Below, one piece after another: positions 50,795 through 59,041 of a stretch of 59,041 nucleotides of DNA. The translations under genes and the position numbers were made by a program. The notes beneath the pieces were generated by a model. The model saw only the letters and a list, made by a program, of their open reading frames with translations. It searched no databases and was not told where the DNA came from. Each line of letters starts with the position of its first letter. The first letter of the stretch is position 1. Origin of the DNA: Caulobacterales bacterium (GTDB lineage: Bacteria; Pseudomonadota; Alphaproteobacteria; Caulobacterales; Hyphomonadaceae); assembly GCA_038251755.1 (NCBI GenBank), contig JBBSAZ010000001.1, positions 1 to 59,041 of the forward strand, given 5' to 3'.

Positions 50795-51090
50795 GGCTTG
50801 GGCTCCAGCGGCCGATAGAGCGTCCGCGCCTCTTCGGCCGGCCCCCGGCGCGCACCGAGGCCCAGCACTTCGACGCTGAGAATATCTGCGCCTTTCCCGA
50901 ATGTCACGATGTCGCCTACCGCGAGGGCTGCCCCCGGCTTGTCGGTGCGCCGGGTCAGGCCGCCTTGCGAGAGCCGGAGGCCGGACTTGCGGACATAGGC
51001 GGTGGAGAGCGCCCGCGTGCGGAAGAATCGGGCCCGCCAGAGCCAGACATCTGCGCGCACCGACGTGTCACCGCCGATGTCTGGCGTCAT
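50791..51090 (-). CDS. S4-domain RNA-binding protein (Hsp15-like)
   Basis: RADVWLWRARFFRTR, RRGPAEEARTLY. Confidence 0.9.
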   Translation of the reverse strand: MTPDIGGDTSVRADVWLWRARFFRTRALSTAYVRKSGLRLSQGGLTRRTDKPGAALAVGDIVTFGKGADILSVEVLGLGARRGPAEEARTLYRPLEPKP

Positions 51091-51106
51091 CTGCCCAACT
51101 CTGGCG

Positions 51107-53908
51107 TCATCTGAACGGGCGGTACCGGAAGGCTCCGGGCGCGCGGGAAGCTTCGGTTTTCGGCGGCCGCTGTTTGGGCGGACGGGCAGGCTTCACCGGT
51201 TTGGGCGGCGGCAGCAGCGCGGCAAGCGCCGCGAACGGGCTGTCCGGATCGATCGGCTTGCTGCGCCGTTCCGGCTGCTGCGGCGGGCCCGGTCTGCGAT
51301 GGTCAGGGCGGCGATCCGGCCGGCCTTCGGATCTGCCGTCTGACCTCTGGTCCGGCCTCTGGTCAGGGCGGCCTTCTACGCGGCCTTCCGGCCTATCCTT
51401 CGGGCGACGGTCGTGGCGGGGCGCGCCTTCCGGCTTCGGCGCGGCAGCGTCGGCGCGGGGCGGGCGGGGGGCCGGGCGGTCCTCCGCATCCGGACGGGCG
51501 CGCGCCACATAGCGCCACAGCGTCACGGCGCCGGTCTCGGGATTTTTCTCGGCCGGGGCGATGCCGAAGCCCTTCAGCACCGCGGGCCAGTCGTCGGCGG
51601 GGCAGGAGATCACGGACGCCAGGTCAATCGGGATTTCGAACACGGCCTTCGCCGCGTCCTTGCGCCGCTTGGCCAGTTCCCAGCCGAGACGTTCGGCAAG
51701 GTCAGCGCGCACGGCGCGGCGGCCGAAGCGGAGATAGCCGTTGGCGGCCAGTGCCGGTTCCGGCCAGGTTCCGTCCAGCCCGAACGAGCCGGCCCCTTCC
51801 GGAGCCAGCGGATATTCGGTGGCGGATTCCACCGCTTTCAGGATCGCGATCATCCGCTGTGCGGCCGGTTTCTGCGCGTCCGGCGCATAGGCGGCAACAC
51901 GGCCCACGCGGATGCCAGCGGCCTTCAGCGCCTCGCGCTGTTCGGGATTGAGGCGCGGGGCGGAGTCGTCCGTACGCAGATCTATCGCGGCGCCGCTTTC
52001 GAGGATGCGGAAGGCGAGCCCGCGCAGCAGGCCTTCCAGCGCCTCGCCGGATTTCGCAAAGGCAAGTTTCGCATGCGTCGGCAGCACGCGGCCGATTTCG
52101 CCGCGCACCCATTCCTCGATCCGCGCCAACGCCGGCTGGCGCTCGGAGGCTTCGGCTTCCACTGCGCCGATCAGTTCGGTGCGCGGCGTCATCCATTGCG
52201 CGCCTTTGCCGAGGCGGGCGACGGGCGCGTCCTTGTATTCTATCTCGGCGGCTTCGGTCAGCTTGAAGGCCTCCGCCGGGGCCGAGGCAATCTCGGCAAG
52301 CCGGGCGGTGAGCATCGGACGGATGGCGGCGAGCGCGGCGCCGCGCACGGCCTTACCTTCAAGGGTGCGCGCATCGACGACCGGCTCGAAGCTCAGCCCG
52401 CGCAGGCGGCCCACGAGATGGCCTTCCACGGTCACGTCGCCTTCCGGCGTCAGGTCGGTCACGAGTGCATCTTCTTTCCTCAGGCTTGCGAGCAGGGCCG
52501 TGGTTCGCCTGTCCACGAAACGGGCCGTCAGCGCAAGGTGTAGCGCGTCTGACAGGGAGTCTTCAATCTCCCGGGTTTTCTGTTGCCAATATGTAGGATT
52601 CTCCAGCCAGTCCTCGCGGTTGGCGGCATAGGTCCAGGTGCGGATGGCGGCGAGGCGCTGCTGCAGCTGGTTGATATCGCCGCGCGTTGAATTGAGATCA
52701 TCCATCCGGCGGCGCAGGCCTTCGTCGGAGAGACGCGCATCGGGATCGGCGAGAGTTTCGGCGAGGCCGAGCACCAGACGACCATGGCCATCAGGGCCGG
52801 CCTTGCGGAAGTCCGGCAGGCGGGCGAGGTCCCACAGGCGGCGGACCTTGCGCTCGCCGGTGACGTTCGGACCGATGGCGCCGTCTTCGCTCATCCGCCT
52901 GAGGACCCACTCATCCAATGCGCGCGGATTGTGGATCAGCACGGGTTTGCCCGAGGGGCGCTCCAGCGAGCGGATCAGGGATTTCAGGCTCGCATAGTCG
53001 AGCGCCGAATTCCTCCACTGGACCGCATCGACCGGATCGAACCGGTGGCCTTCGATGGCTTTCCATTCCTCTTCCTGGAAGGGCGGGCAGCTGCCGGTCT
53101 CGCCGAATTCGCCATCGGTGCGGAAGCGTCCGGCGCGCCCCGCAATTTGCGCGCACTCAGCGAGTGTCAGCGCGCGGTGGCGGCGGCCATCATACTTGGT
53201 GCGCGAGGCGAACACGACGCGGTCGACGTCAAGGTTCAGCCCCATGCCGATGGCATCGGTGGCGACAATATAATCGACTTCGCGGGACTGGTAGAGTGCG
53301 ACCTGCGCATTACGGGTGCGCGGGCTGAGCGCGCCCATCACGACCGCCGCGCCGCCTTTCTGGCGGCGAAGGAGTTCGGCGATGGCGTAGACTTCCTCGG
53401 CGCTGAAGGCGACGATGGCGGTGCGTTTCGGCAGCTTGGTGATCTTGGCGTGGCCGGCATAGCGCAGCTCCGAGAAGCGCGGACGCGGCTCGGTCTCGAC
53501 GCCGAGCTTGAGGTCCTTCAGCAGGCCCCGCATCGTGTCGGCGCCCAGCAGCAGCGTTTCGTGAACGCCGCGCATGTGCAGGATACGGTCGGTGAACACG
53601 TGGCCGCGGTCATCATCTTCGGCGAGCTGGATCTCGTCGATGGCGACGAAGTCGGCGCGCACGTCGACCGGCATCGATTCCACGGTGCAGACGAAGTAGC
53701 GCGCGGTCGGTGGGCAGATGCGTTCCTCGCCGGTCAGCAGCGCCGCGTAGGCATAGCCCTTGGCGGCCACGACCCGGTCATAGACCTCGCGGGCGAGCAG
53801 GCGCAGCGGCAGGCCGATCATGCCGGTGCCATGCGCGAGCATCCGCTCGATCGCGTAGTGGGTCTTGCCGGTATTGGTGGGGCCGAGGATGGCCTTGAGG
53901 GTGGTCAT
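51107..53908 (-). CDS. SUV3/MgpS-like ATP-dependent helicase
   Basis: LGPTNTGKT, PLRLLARE, DEIQ, ATDAIGMGLN, QIAGRAGR; ends DPDSPFAALA. Confidence 0.93.
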   Translation of the reverse strand: MTTLKAILGPTNTGKTHYAIERMLAHGTGMIGLPLRLLAREVYDRVVAAKGYAYAALLTGEERICPPTARYFVCTVESMPVDVRADFVAIDEIQLAEDDDRGHVFTDRILHMRGVHETLLLGADTMRGLLKDLKLGVETEPRPRFSELRYAGHAKITKLPKRTAIVAFSAEEVYAIAELLRRQKGGAAVVMGALSPRTRNAQVALYQSREVDYIVATDAIGMGLNLDVDRVVFASRTKYDGRRHRALTLAECAQIAGRAGRFRTDGEFGETGSCPPFQEEEWKAIEGHRFDPVDAVQWRNSALDYASLKSLIRSLERPSGKPVLIHNPRALDEWVLRRMSEDGAIGPNVTGERKVRRLWDLARLPDFRKAGPDGHGRLVLGLAETLADPDARLSDEGLRRRMDDLNSTRGDINQLQQRLAAIRTWTYAANREDWLENPTYWQQKTREIEDSLSDALHLALTARFVDRRTTALLASLRKEDALVTDLTPEGDVTVEGHLVGRLRGLSFEPVVDARTLEGKAVRGAALAAIRPMLTARLAEIASAPAEAFKLTEAAEIEYKDAPVARLGKGAQWMTPRTELIGAVEAEASERQPALARIEEWVRGEIGRVLPTHAKLAFAKSGEALEGLLRGLAFRILESGAAIDLRTDDSAPRLNPEQREALKAAGIRVGRVAAYAPDAQKPAAQRMIAILKAVESATEYPLAPEGAGSFGLDGTWPEPALAANGYLRFGRRAVRADLAERLGWELAKRRKDAAKAVFEIPIDLASVISCPADDWPAVLKGFGIAPAEKNPETGAVTLWRYVARARPDAEDRPAPRPPRADAAAPKPEGAPRHDRRPKDRPEGRVEGRPDQRPDQRSDGRSEGRPDRRPDHRRPGPPQQPERRSKPIDPDSPFAALAALLPPPKPVKPARPPKQRPPKTEASRAPGAFRYRPFR

Positions 53909-53943
53909 GTTCAGGGAAGGGGTGGGGACGGGGCGGGCTTAAG

Positions 53944-54408
53944 TCAAGCGCGGCCAGCGGTGAGCCGGCGGATCATGCCGTGCTCGTGCGGGCGGAAGGC
54001 CGGGGGCAGGATGGTGGCACCGTCATAGAGGGCCCCGGTGAGGACGAGCTGCTCGCCGTCCGACCAGCGGCAATCGGCGCCGCAGAGATTGGCCCCCGAG
54101 AGGTTTGCCTGGCGCAGCGAGGCGCCGGAGAAATCCGCGCCGATCAGGCAAGCGCCCGAGAGGTCCGCGCCTTTCAGCGAGGCATGGCGCAGGGACGCGC
54201 CGCGCAGATGGGCTTGGCGGAAGGAGGCCGACATCAGCCGCGCATGGTCGAACCGGGCGCCCTCAAGGTTGGCCCAGTCGAGGCAGGCGGCGCGCAGTTC
54301 GCAGTCCCGGAACACGGCGCCGGAGAGGTCGCGGCCGCTGAAGTCGGCGCGCAGGAAATCCTGCTGCTCGATCTGCGCACCGCGCAGCTCGGCCAGGCCA
54401 AGTTCCAT
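53944..54408 (-). CDS. Pentapeptide repeat protein (start uncertain)
   Basis: A(D/N/S)Lxx repeats: ADFSG, ANLEG, ASLRH, ADLSG, ANLSG. Confidence 0.88.
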   Translation of the reverse strand: MELGLAELRGAQIEQQDFLRADFSGRDLSGAVFRDCELRAACLDWANLEGARFDHARLMSASFRQAHLRGASLRHASLKGADLSGACLIGADFSGASLRQANLSGANLCGADCRWSDGEQLVLTGALYDGATILPPAFRPHEHGMIRRLTAGRA

Positions 54409-54578
54409 GACCCGTTCAGATCCCAGATAGCGGATCGCAATCACACCCAGCTCCCATTCCCGAACGTCAGGTTGAAGTGATTGGCGGTCCGGCGCAACCG
54501 TCCGGGTGCGGGTTTCCGTTTGACCCGGATATGCCCGTCCGATACCGGATGGACGGTGTTTCGGAAGGCATTGCGCCC

Positions 54579-55400
54579 GTGATTGTCTATCGCTCCCTCC
54601 TGTTCGTTCCCGGTGCCCGGTCTGACCGGTTCGGCAAGGCGGTGGCCGCCGCCGCCGACGCCGTGATCATCGACCTCGAGGACGCGGTGCTGCCGGCGGA
54701 CAAGGACCGGGCGCGCAGCGAGACGCTGACCTGGCTCGGCGCCTGGCGCGGGCGCCATCTGGGACTGCGGATCAATTCGCCGCGCACTGCGTTCGGCTGC
54801 GCCGACCTCGCGGCGCTCGCCGGGTCGTCGGCGGCGGCGCGGGCGGATTTCATCATCGTCCCGAAGGCGGACACGGCGGTCGATCTCGAGATCGTCGCCG
54901 AAGCGCTGGGGCGGAAGATTCCGCTGATCCCGATCATCGAGAGCGGGCGGGCCCTGTCGAATGCGTTCGGGATCGCGCGGCAGGCGACCGGCGGTGTGCT
55001 GTTCGGCGGGGTGGATTATTCCGCCAGCCTTGGCGCGGACCTTTCCGACTGGGACGCGATGCTCACCGCGCGCGGCACGATCGCGGCCGCCTGCGGCGCG
55101 GCGGGTGTGCCCGCCTATGACGTGCCCTATCTCGATACGTCGGACACGGAGGGTCTGGCCGCCTCGACCCGCAGGGCGAAGGCGATGGGCTTTTCTGGAC
55201 GCGCCTGCATCCATCCGGATCAGGTCGCAGCGGTGAACACCGCCTATTCGCCGAGCGAAGCCGAGATTGCCGATGCCCGCGCCATCCTCGCCGCGATGGA
55301 AGCGGCGGGCGGCGGCGTGGCGCTGCACAAGGGCAAGATGATCGACCGCCCGGTGATCCTCGCCGCCGAGCGCCTGCTCGCGAGCGTTCGCACCACCTGA
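54579..55400 (+). CDS. CitE/HpcH-family CoA-ester lyase
   Basis: RSLLFVPG, IDLEDAV, RINS, IESG, CIHPDQV, GKMIDRP. Confidence 0.92.
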   Translation: MIVYRSLLFVPGARSDRFGKAVAAAADAVIIDLEDAVLPADKDRARSETLTWLGAWRGRHLGLRINSPRTAFGCADLAALAGSSAAARADFIIVPKADTAVDLEIVAEALGRKIPLIPIIESGRALSNAFGIARQATGGVLFGGVDYSASLGADLSDWDAMLTARGTIAAACGAAGVPAYDVPYLDTSDTEGLAASTRRAKAMGFSGRACIHPDQVAAVNTAYSPSEAEIADARAILAAMEAAGGGVALHKGKMIDRPVILAAERLLASVRTT

Positions 55401-55416
55401 AACCGGGAGCCTGATC

Positions 55417-55878
55417 ATGTCCTCCGTACACGTCTCACCCGTGGCCCATGTTCGCGGTGGCCGGGCGGCGCCTGAAGACGACAATTGGGGCGAGGAGCGC
55501 GCAGTCATTGTTCTTGAAGAGGCCTTTCCGCCGGAGGCGCTGTTCGGTCTTGATGCCTTCAGCCATGCCGAGATCGTATTTCAGTTTCACCTTGTGCCCG
55601 ATGCGAAGATCGAAACGGGCGCGCGCCGCCCGCGCGGGAACCCAGACTGGCCGCTCGTCGGGATATTCGCTCAGCGCGGCAAGAATCGGCCCAACCGGAT
55701 CGGCGTCACAGTCTGCCGGATCGTTTCGGTGTCGGGCCGTGAGATCAAAGTCGAAGGTCTGGATGCCACCGACGGCACGCCCGTGCTCGACATCAAGCCG
55801 GTGATGCGGGAGTTTCTGCCGCGCGGCGAGGTTCGCCAGCCGGACTGGTCGCGCGAACTCATGAAAGATTATTGGTAG
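55417..55878 (+). CDS. TrmO/TsaA-like SAM-binding protein
   Basis: RPRGN, GIFAQRGKNRPNRIG, LDATDGTPVLDIKP. Confidence 0.9.
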   Translation: MSSVHVSPVAHVRGGRAAPEDDNWGEERAVIVLEEAFPPEALFGLDAFSHAEIVFQFHLVPDAKIETGARRPRGNPDWPLVGIFAQRGKNRPNRIGVTVCRIVSVSGREIKVEGLDATDGTPVLDIKPVMREFLPRGEVRQPDWSRELMKDYW

Positions 55879-55896
55879 ACTTGAAGGACACCGGCC

Positions 55897-57087
55897 ATGG
55901 CCGACACGATTGTGCATTCCGAAGCCGATGAGCGCCAGATGCTGGACGCCATTTCGAAGTGGATCAACACGAAGGTCGCGCCTGTGGCGCTGAAGCTCGA
56001 GCATGACAATGAATGGCCGGCCGAGCTCGTCGCCGACATGACGGAACTCGGCCTGTTCGGCGCGCTGGTGCATCCGGACTATGGCGGGCTTGGGCTTTCG
56101 GCGACGACGTATACGCGCATCGTCTCGCTGATTTCGGAAGAGTGGATGAGCCTGACGGGCATCTTCAACACGCATATGATGATGGCGATCATCGTGCAGA
56201 AATACGGGACCGATGCGCAGAAGGCCTACTGGCTGCCGAAGTTTGCGAGCGGCGAGATGCGCGGCGGGCTGGGCCTGACGGAACCGGATGCCGGAAGCGA
56301 CCTTCAAGGCATCCGCACCCTCGCCAAGCGCAAGGGCGACACATACGTCGTGAACGGAACAAAGACGTGGATCTCGAATGCGATCGAGGGGCACTGTGTG
56401 GCGCTTCTGGTGAAGACGGACCCCGACGCCGTGTCGCGTCACCGGGGCATGTCCATGCTGATCGTGCCGAAGATCGATCCGGAGACGCGGGCGCCGCTGA
56501 AGGGTGTGCGCAACGGGAAAAAGCTCGGCAAGCTGGGCTACAAGGGCATCGATTCGGGCGAGTTCATTTTCGAGGACTATGAATGCGATGCGAGCCTCTG
56601 CCTCGTCGGTGGCAAGGAGGGCGAGGGCTTCTACATGGCAACCGGTGGGCTTGAGCTGGGGCGGATCAATATTGCGGCGCGCGGCGTCGGCATTGCGCGC
56701 CGGGCGCTGCGGGAGTCGGTGGCCTATTCGCAGGTGCGCAAGACGATGGGCAAGCCGATCTGCGAGCATCAGGCGATTCAGCTGAAGCTCGGCGAGATGG
56801 CGGCGAAGACTCGCGCCGCGGAACTGCTGACCGAGGATGCGGCGCGGGCTTATGATTCGGGCGAGCGCGTCGACATGGAGGCCGGCATGGCGAAATGGTT
56901 TGCCTCCGAGACGGCGCTGGAAGTGGCGACCGAGGCGATGCGGATCCATGGCGGCTATGGCTATTCGACCGAGTATGTGCTCGAGCGGCTTTACCGCGAC
57001 GCGCCGCTTCTCTGTATCGGCGAGGGAACCAATGAGCTCCAGCGGATTATTATAGCCAAGCAGCTCATAAAGAGGAATCCCGCCTGA
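55897..57087 (+). CDS. Acyl-CoA dehydrogenase
   Basis: LTEPDAGSD, NGTKTWISN, IHGGYGY, IGEGTNELQR. Confidence 0.95.
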   Translation: MADTIVHSEADERQMLDAISKWINTKVAPVALKLEHDNEWPAELVADMTELGLFGALVHPDYGGLGLSATTYTRIVSLISEEWMSLTGIFNTHMMMAIIVQKYGTDAQKAYWLPKFASGEMRGGLGLTEPDAGSDLQGIRTLAKRKGDTYVVNGTKTWISNAIEGHCVALLVKTDPDAVSRHRGMSMLIVPKIDPETRAPLKGVRNGKKLGKLGYKGIDSGEFIFEDYECDASLCLVGGKEGEGFYMATGGLELGRINIAARGVGIARRALRESVAYSQVRKTMGKPICEHQAIQLKLGEMAAKTRAAELLTEDAARAYDSGERVDMEAGMAKWFASETALEVATEAMRIHGGYGYSTEYVLERLYRDAPLLCIGEGTNELQRIIIAKQLIKRNPA

Positions 57088-57638
57088 TGTTCCGACTCCT
57101 GACGATCGCCTTCGCATCACTCGCCCTCGCCGCTTGCGTGGCCGGGCCGTCTGGCCGCGCCGAAGATGCGCCGCCGCTGGAGGCGGTCGCGTCCGTCGAG
57201 GTCGAACGCTATATGGGACTCTGGTACGAGATCGCGCGCTATCCGACGAGTTTCCAGAAGGATTGCGAAGGCACGACCGCTGAATACACGCTGCGCGAAG
57301 ATGGCTGCGTCGATGTGGTCAACACCTGCCGCTTCGGCACCGAGGACGGCGAGCCGCGCTCGGCGGAGGCGGTCGCCCGCGTCATGGACGGCTCGAGCGG
57401 CGCGCGTATCTTCGTCAACTTTGCGCCGGTCCCGCTGCCGGCGGGGCGGGGCAATTACTGGATTCTGTATCTCGACGAGGGCTATCAGCATGCGGTTATT
57501 GGCGAGCCCTCGGGCCGCTTCCTCTGGTTCCTGTCGCGCACGCCGGCGGTGACGCCGGAGGTGCGGGCCGAGCTGGACGCGGCAGCGGTGGCGGCCGGGT
57601 ATGACCTCAGCTTGCTGAAGGAAACGCAGCAACGCTGA
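57087..57638 (+). CDS. blc: Bacterial lipocalin lipoprotein
   Basis: LAAC lipobox, RYMGLWYEIAR, NYWIL, LWFLSRTP. Confidence 0.92.
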   Translation: MFRLLTIAFASLALAACVAGPSGRAEDAPPLEAVASVEVERYMGLWYEIARYPTSFQKDCEGTTAEYTLREDGCVDVVNTCRFGTEDGEPRSAEAVARVMDGSSGARIFVNFAPVPLPAGRGNYWILYLDEGYQHAVIGEPSGRFLWFLSRTPAVTPEVRAELDAAAVAAGYDLSLLKETQQR

Positions 57639-57639
57639 G

Positions 57640-58009
57640 TTTGTGGTCTCCTTTCCGGTTGAGGACTGGTTTCGCCTCAAGCCCCTAACCTCCTGCTGCC
57701 GCAGGCGGTGAGAGGTGAGGGGCTTTCTTTCAGCCGCCAGCATCCGGACCGGCGTAAGCCGTCCGGGTACGGAGGGTGGAGCCGAGCGCGGCGGACGCCC
57801 GCAGGCATCCGGGAAAGAAAGTGTAGTGCGGCGTGGACGCCCCGCGTCCGCTGCGCTTTTGTTGAGACGGAAAAACGAGCCAGAACAAGGAAGTCTGGGC
57901 CCCGGCTTTCGGCCGGATGAGCGGCAAACTATTTTCGGGGATGGGGGCGAAGGGGGCCGGAACGTGGGCGTAGGGGCCGGGCTTATACAACGTGTTGGCG
58001 CGGCGTTAG
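57640..58009. other. Hairpin-dense 370-nt convergent intergenic region (candidate sRNA or composite repeat)
   Basis: At least six stem-loops, e.g. AAGCCCCT..AGGGGCTT, CCGGAC(C)GGC-GTAA-GCCGTCCGG, GGACGC-CCC-GCGTCC, CCGGC-TTTCG-GCCGG. Confidence 0.5.
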
Positions 58010-58852
58010 CTAGGTTTTCAGCAGCACTTCGACTTCAGCGCGGGTGGGCAGGCTCGGTTGGGCGCCGGGCTTTGTGCAGGTGGCGGCGCCGGCGGTGACG
58101 GCGAAGGTGAGGGCGGCGGTCTCATCCAGGCCTTCGATCAGGGCGCAGGTGAGGGCGGCGAAGAAGGTGTCGCCGGCACCGACCGTGTCGACGACGCGGA
58201 CCTGCGGGGGTTTTGCGGAGGCGATCCGTGTGCCGCCTTTCCAGAGCTCGGCGCCGTCGCTGCCGAGCGAGATGGCGACGAGGCGGCCGGGGGCGTGGAG
58301 CGCGGCGCCGTAGAAGGCGGCCTCGGTTTCGTTGACGACGAGAAGGTCTGCCTCCGCCAGCAGTTCATCCGGCACCGGCAGGGCGGGAGCAAGGTTCAAC
58401 GCGACGAGGCCGGTGGCGCGTTTGGCGGCGGCGAGGAGGGCGGGGATGGGGACCTCAAGGACGCCGAGCATGTGCTTGATGGGGTCACCTTCGACATCGC
58501 TGGCGGAGAGCGCATTGTTCGCCCCCGGACAGACCACGATCAGGTTCTCGCCTTCGGGGGAGACGGCGATCAGGGCGACGCCGGTGGTCTGGCCATTGAG
58601 GTAGTGCGTGGCGGAGAGATCGACGCCGGCTTCGCGCAGGAGTTTGAGCGCCTCTTCGGCCATGTCGTCATTTCCGACGGCAGCAACGAGGCGGACCTTG
58701 TGGCCGAGGCGGGCAGCGGCGAGGGCCTGGTTGGCGCCCTTGCCGCCCGGGTAGCGCGCGAGGCGGGCGCCGGTCACGGTTTCGCCGGGATGCGGGAGCG
58801 GCGCGCCGGAGGCGACGAGATCGAGATTGACGGAGCCGACAACGGTGATCAT
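58010..58852 (-). CDS. rbsK: Ribokinase
   Basis: VVGSVNLD, PGGKGANQALAAARLG, VNETEA, DTVGAGDTF. Confidence 0.93.
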   Translation of the reverse strand: MITVVGSVNLDLVASGAPLPHPGETVTGARLARYPGGKGANQALAAARLGHKVRLVAAVGNDDMAEEALKLLREAGVDLSATHYLNGQTTGVALIAVSPEGENLIVVCPGANNALSASDVEGDPIKHMLGVLEVPIPALLAAAKRATGLVALNLAPALPVPDELLAEADLLVVNETEAAFYGAALHAPGRLVAISLGSDGAELWKGGTRIASAKPPQVRVVDTVGAGDTFFAALTCALIEGLDETAALTFAVTAGAATCTKPGAQPSLPTRAEVEVLLKT

Positions 58853-59040
58853 GCGCGGGATTTCAAAAGAGATTCGATGACGGCGAAGAAGGCATCGGCA
58901 TCGGCGGCGGTGACCCAGTGGTGTGGACCGCGCTTCGTGTCCTTGACCTTGGTGCGGCCAAACTGGTCGCCAGGGCGGGTGACAACGCTGACGCGGCAGG
59001 GCTTCACCTCGAAGATGTCCGGCGCCAGCAGATAGACCAC
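58849..59040 (-). CDS. C-terminus of a probable nucleoside hydrolase (truncated by window edge)
   Basis: YLLAPDIF..V.V..GRT..DADAFF pattern; ATGA overlap with ribokinase. Confidence 0.6.
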   Translation of the reverse strand: MVYLLAPDIFEVKPCRVSVVTRPGDQFGRTKVKDTKRGPHHWVTAADADAFFAVIESLLKSRA

Positions 59041-59041
59041 C

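Noticed and set aside
57655-57735. Minus-strand CTGAAAGA-stem-..GCGAAAC resembling a hammerhead ribozyme core
   Set aside because: CUGANGA has an extra base, GAAA does not directly follow stem II, and I found no convincing stems I/III
57730-57990. 86-aa minus-strand ORF in the blc-rbsK gap
   Set aside because: TTG start without RBS, atypical codons and no motifs

Overview
High-GC alphaproteobacterial chromosome segment. Gene order and content suggest Caulobacterales/Hyphomonadaceae (Hyphomonas-like), which is an inference. It is mostly housekeeping: the 3' end of gltB; miaB-phoH-ybeY-corC-lnt-XRE-trmB; cspA; rimP-nusA-ylxR-infB-rbfA-truB; rpsO-pnp; fabA/fabI; nadD/proA; carD-fdxA-S4-helicase; and many lipid-catabolic enzymes. 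I saw no rRNA, tRNA, CRISPR array, transposase or integrase. The most interesting signals are non-coding or very small. (1) A ~410-420 nt element occurs twice, 26.5 kb apart (1661-2083 and 28200-28611), with compensatory changes in stems, an internal direct repeat and a 43/44-nt conserved core carrying two GANTC sites; it is a candidate large structured RNA or non-autonomous mobile element. (2) A 9-codon uORF and structured leader precede a TopAI/YjhX gene that heads a non-canonical operon lacking yjhQ. (3) A hairpin-dense 370-nt convergent gap lies at 57640-58010. (4) A CIR/Bru-RS-like repeat, a 28-aa hydrophobic ORF where fabB usually sits, a frameshifted peptidase, and a probable ATG>AGG start loss. 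All calls come from reading the sequence and recalling families; no searches were run.
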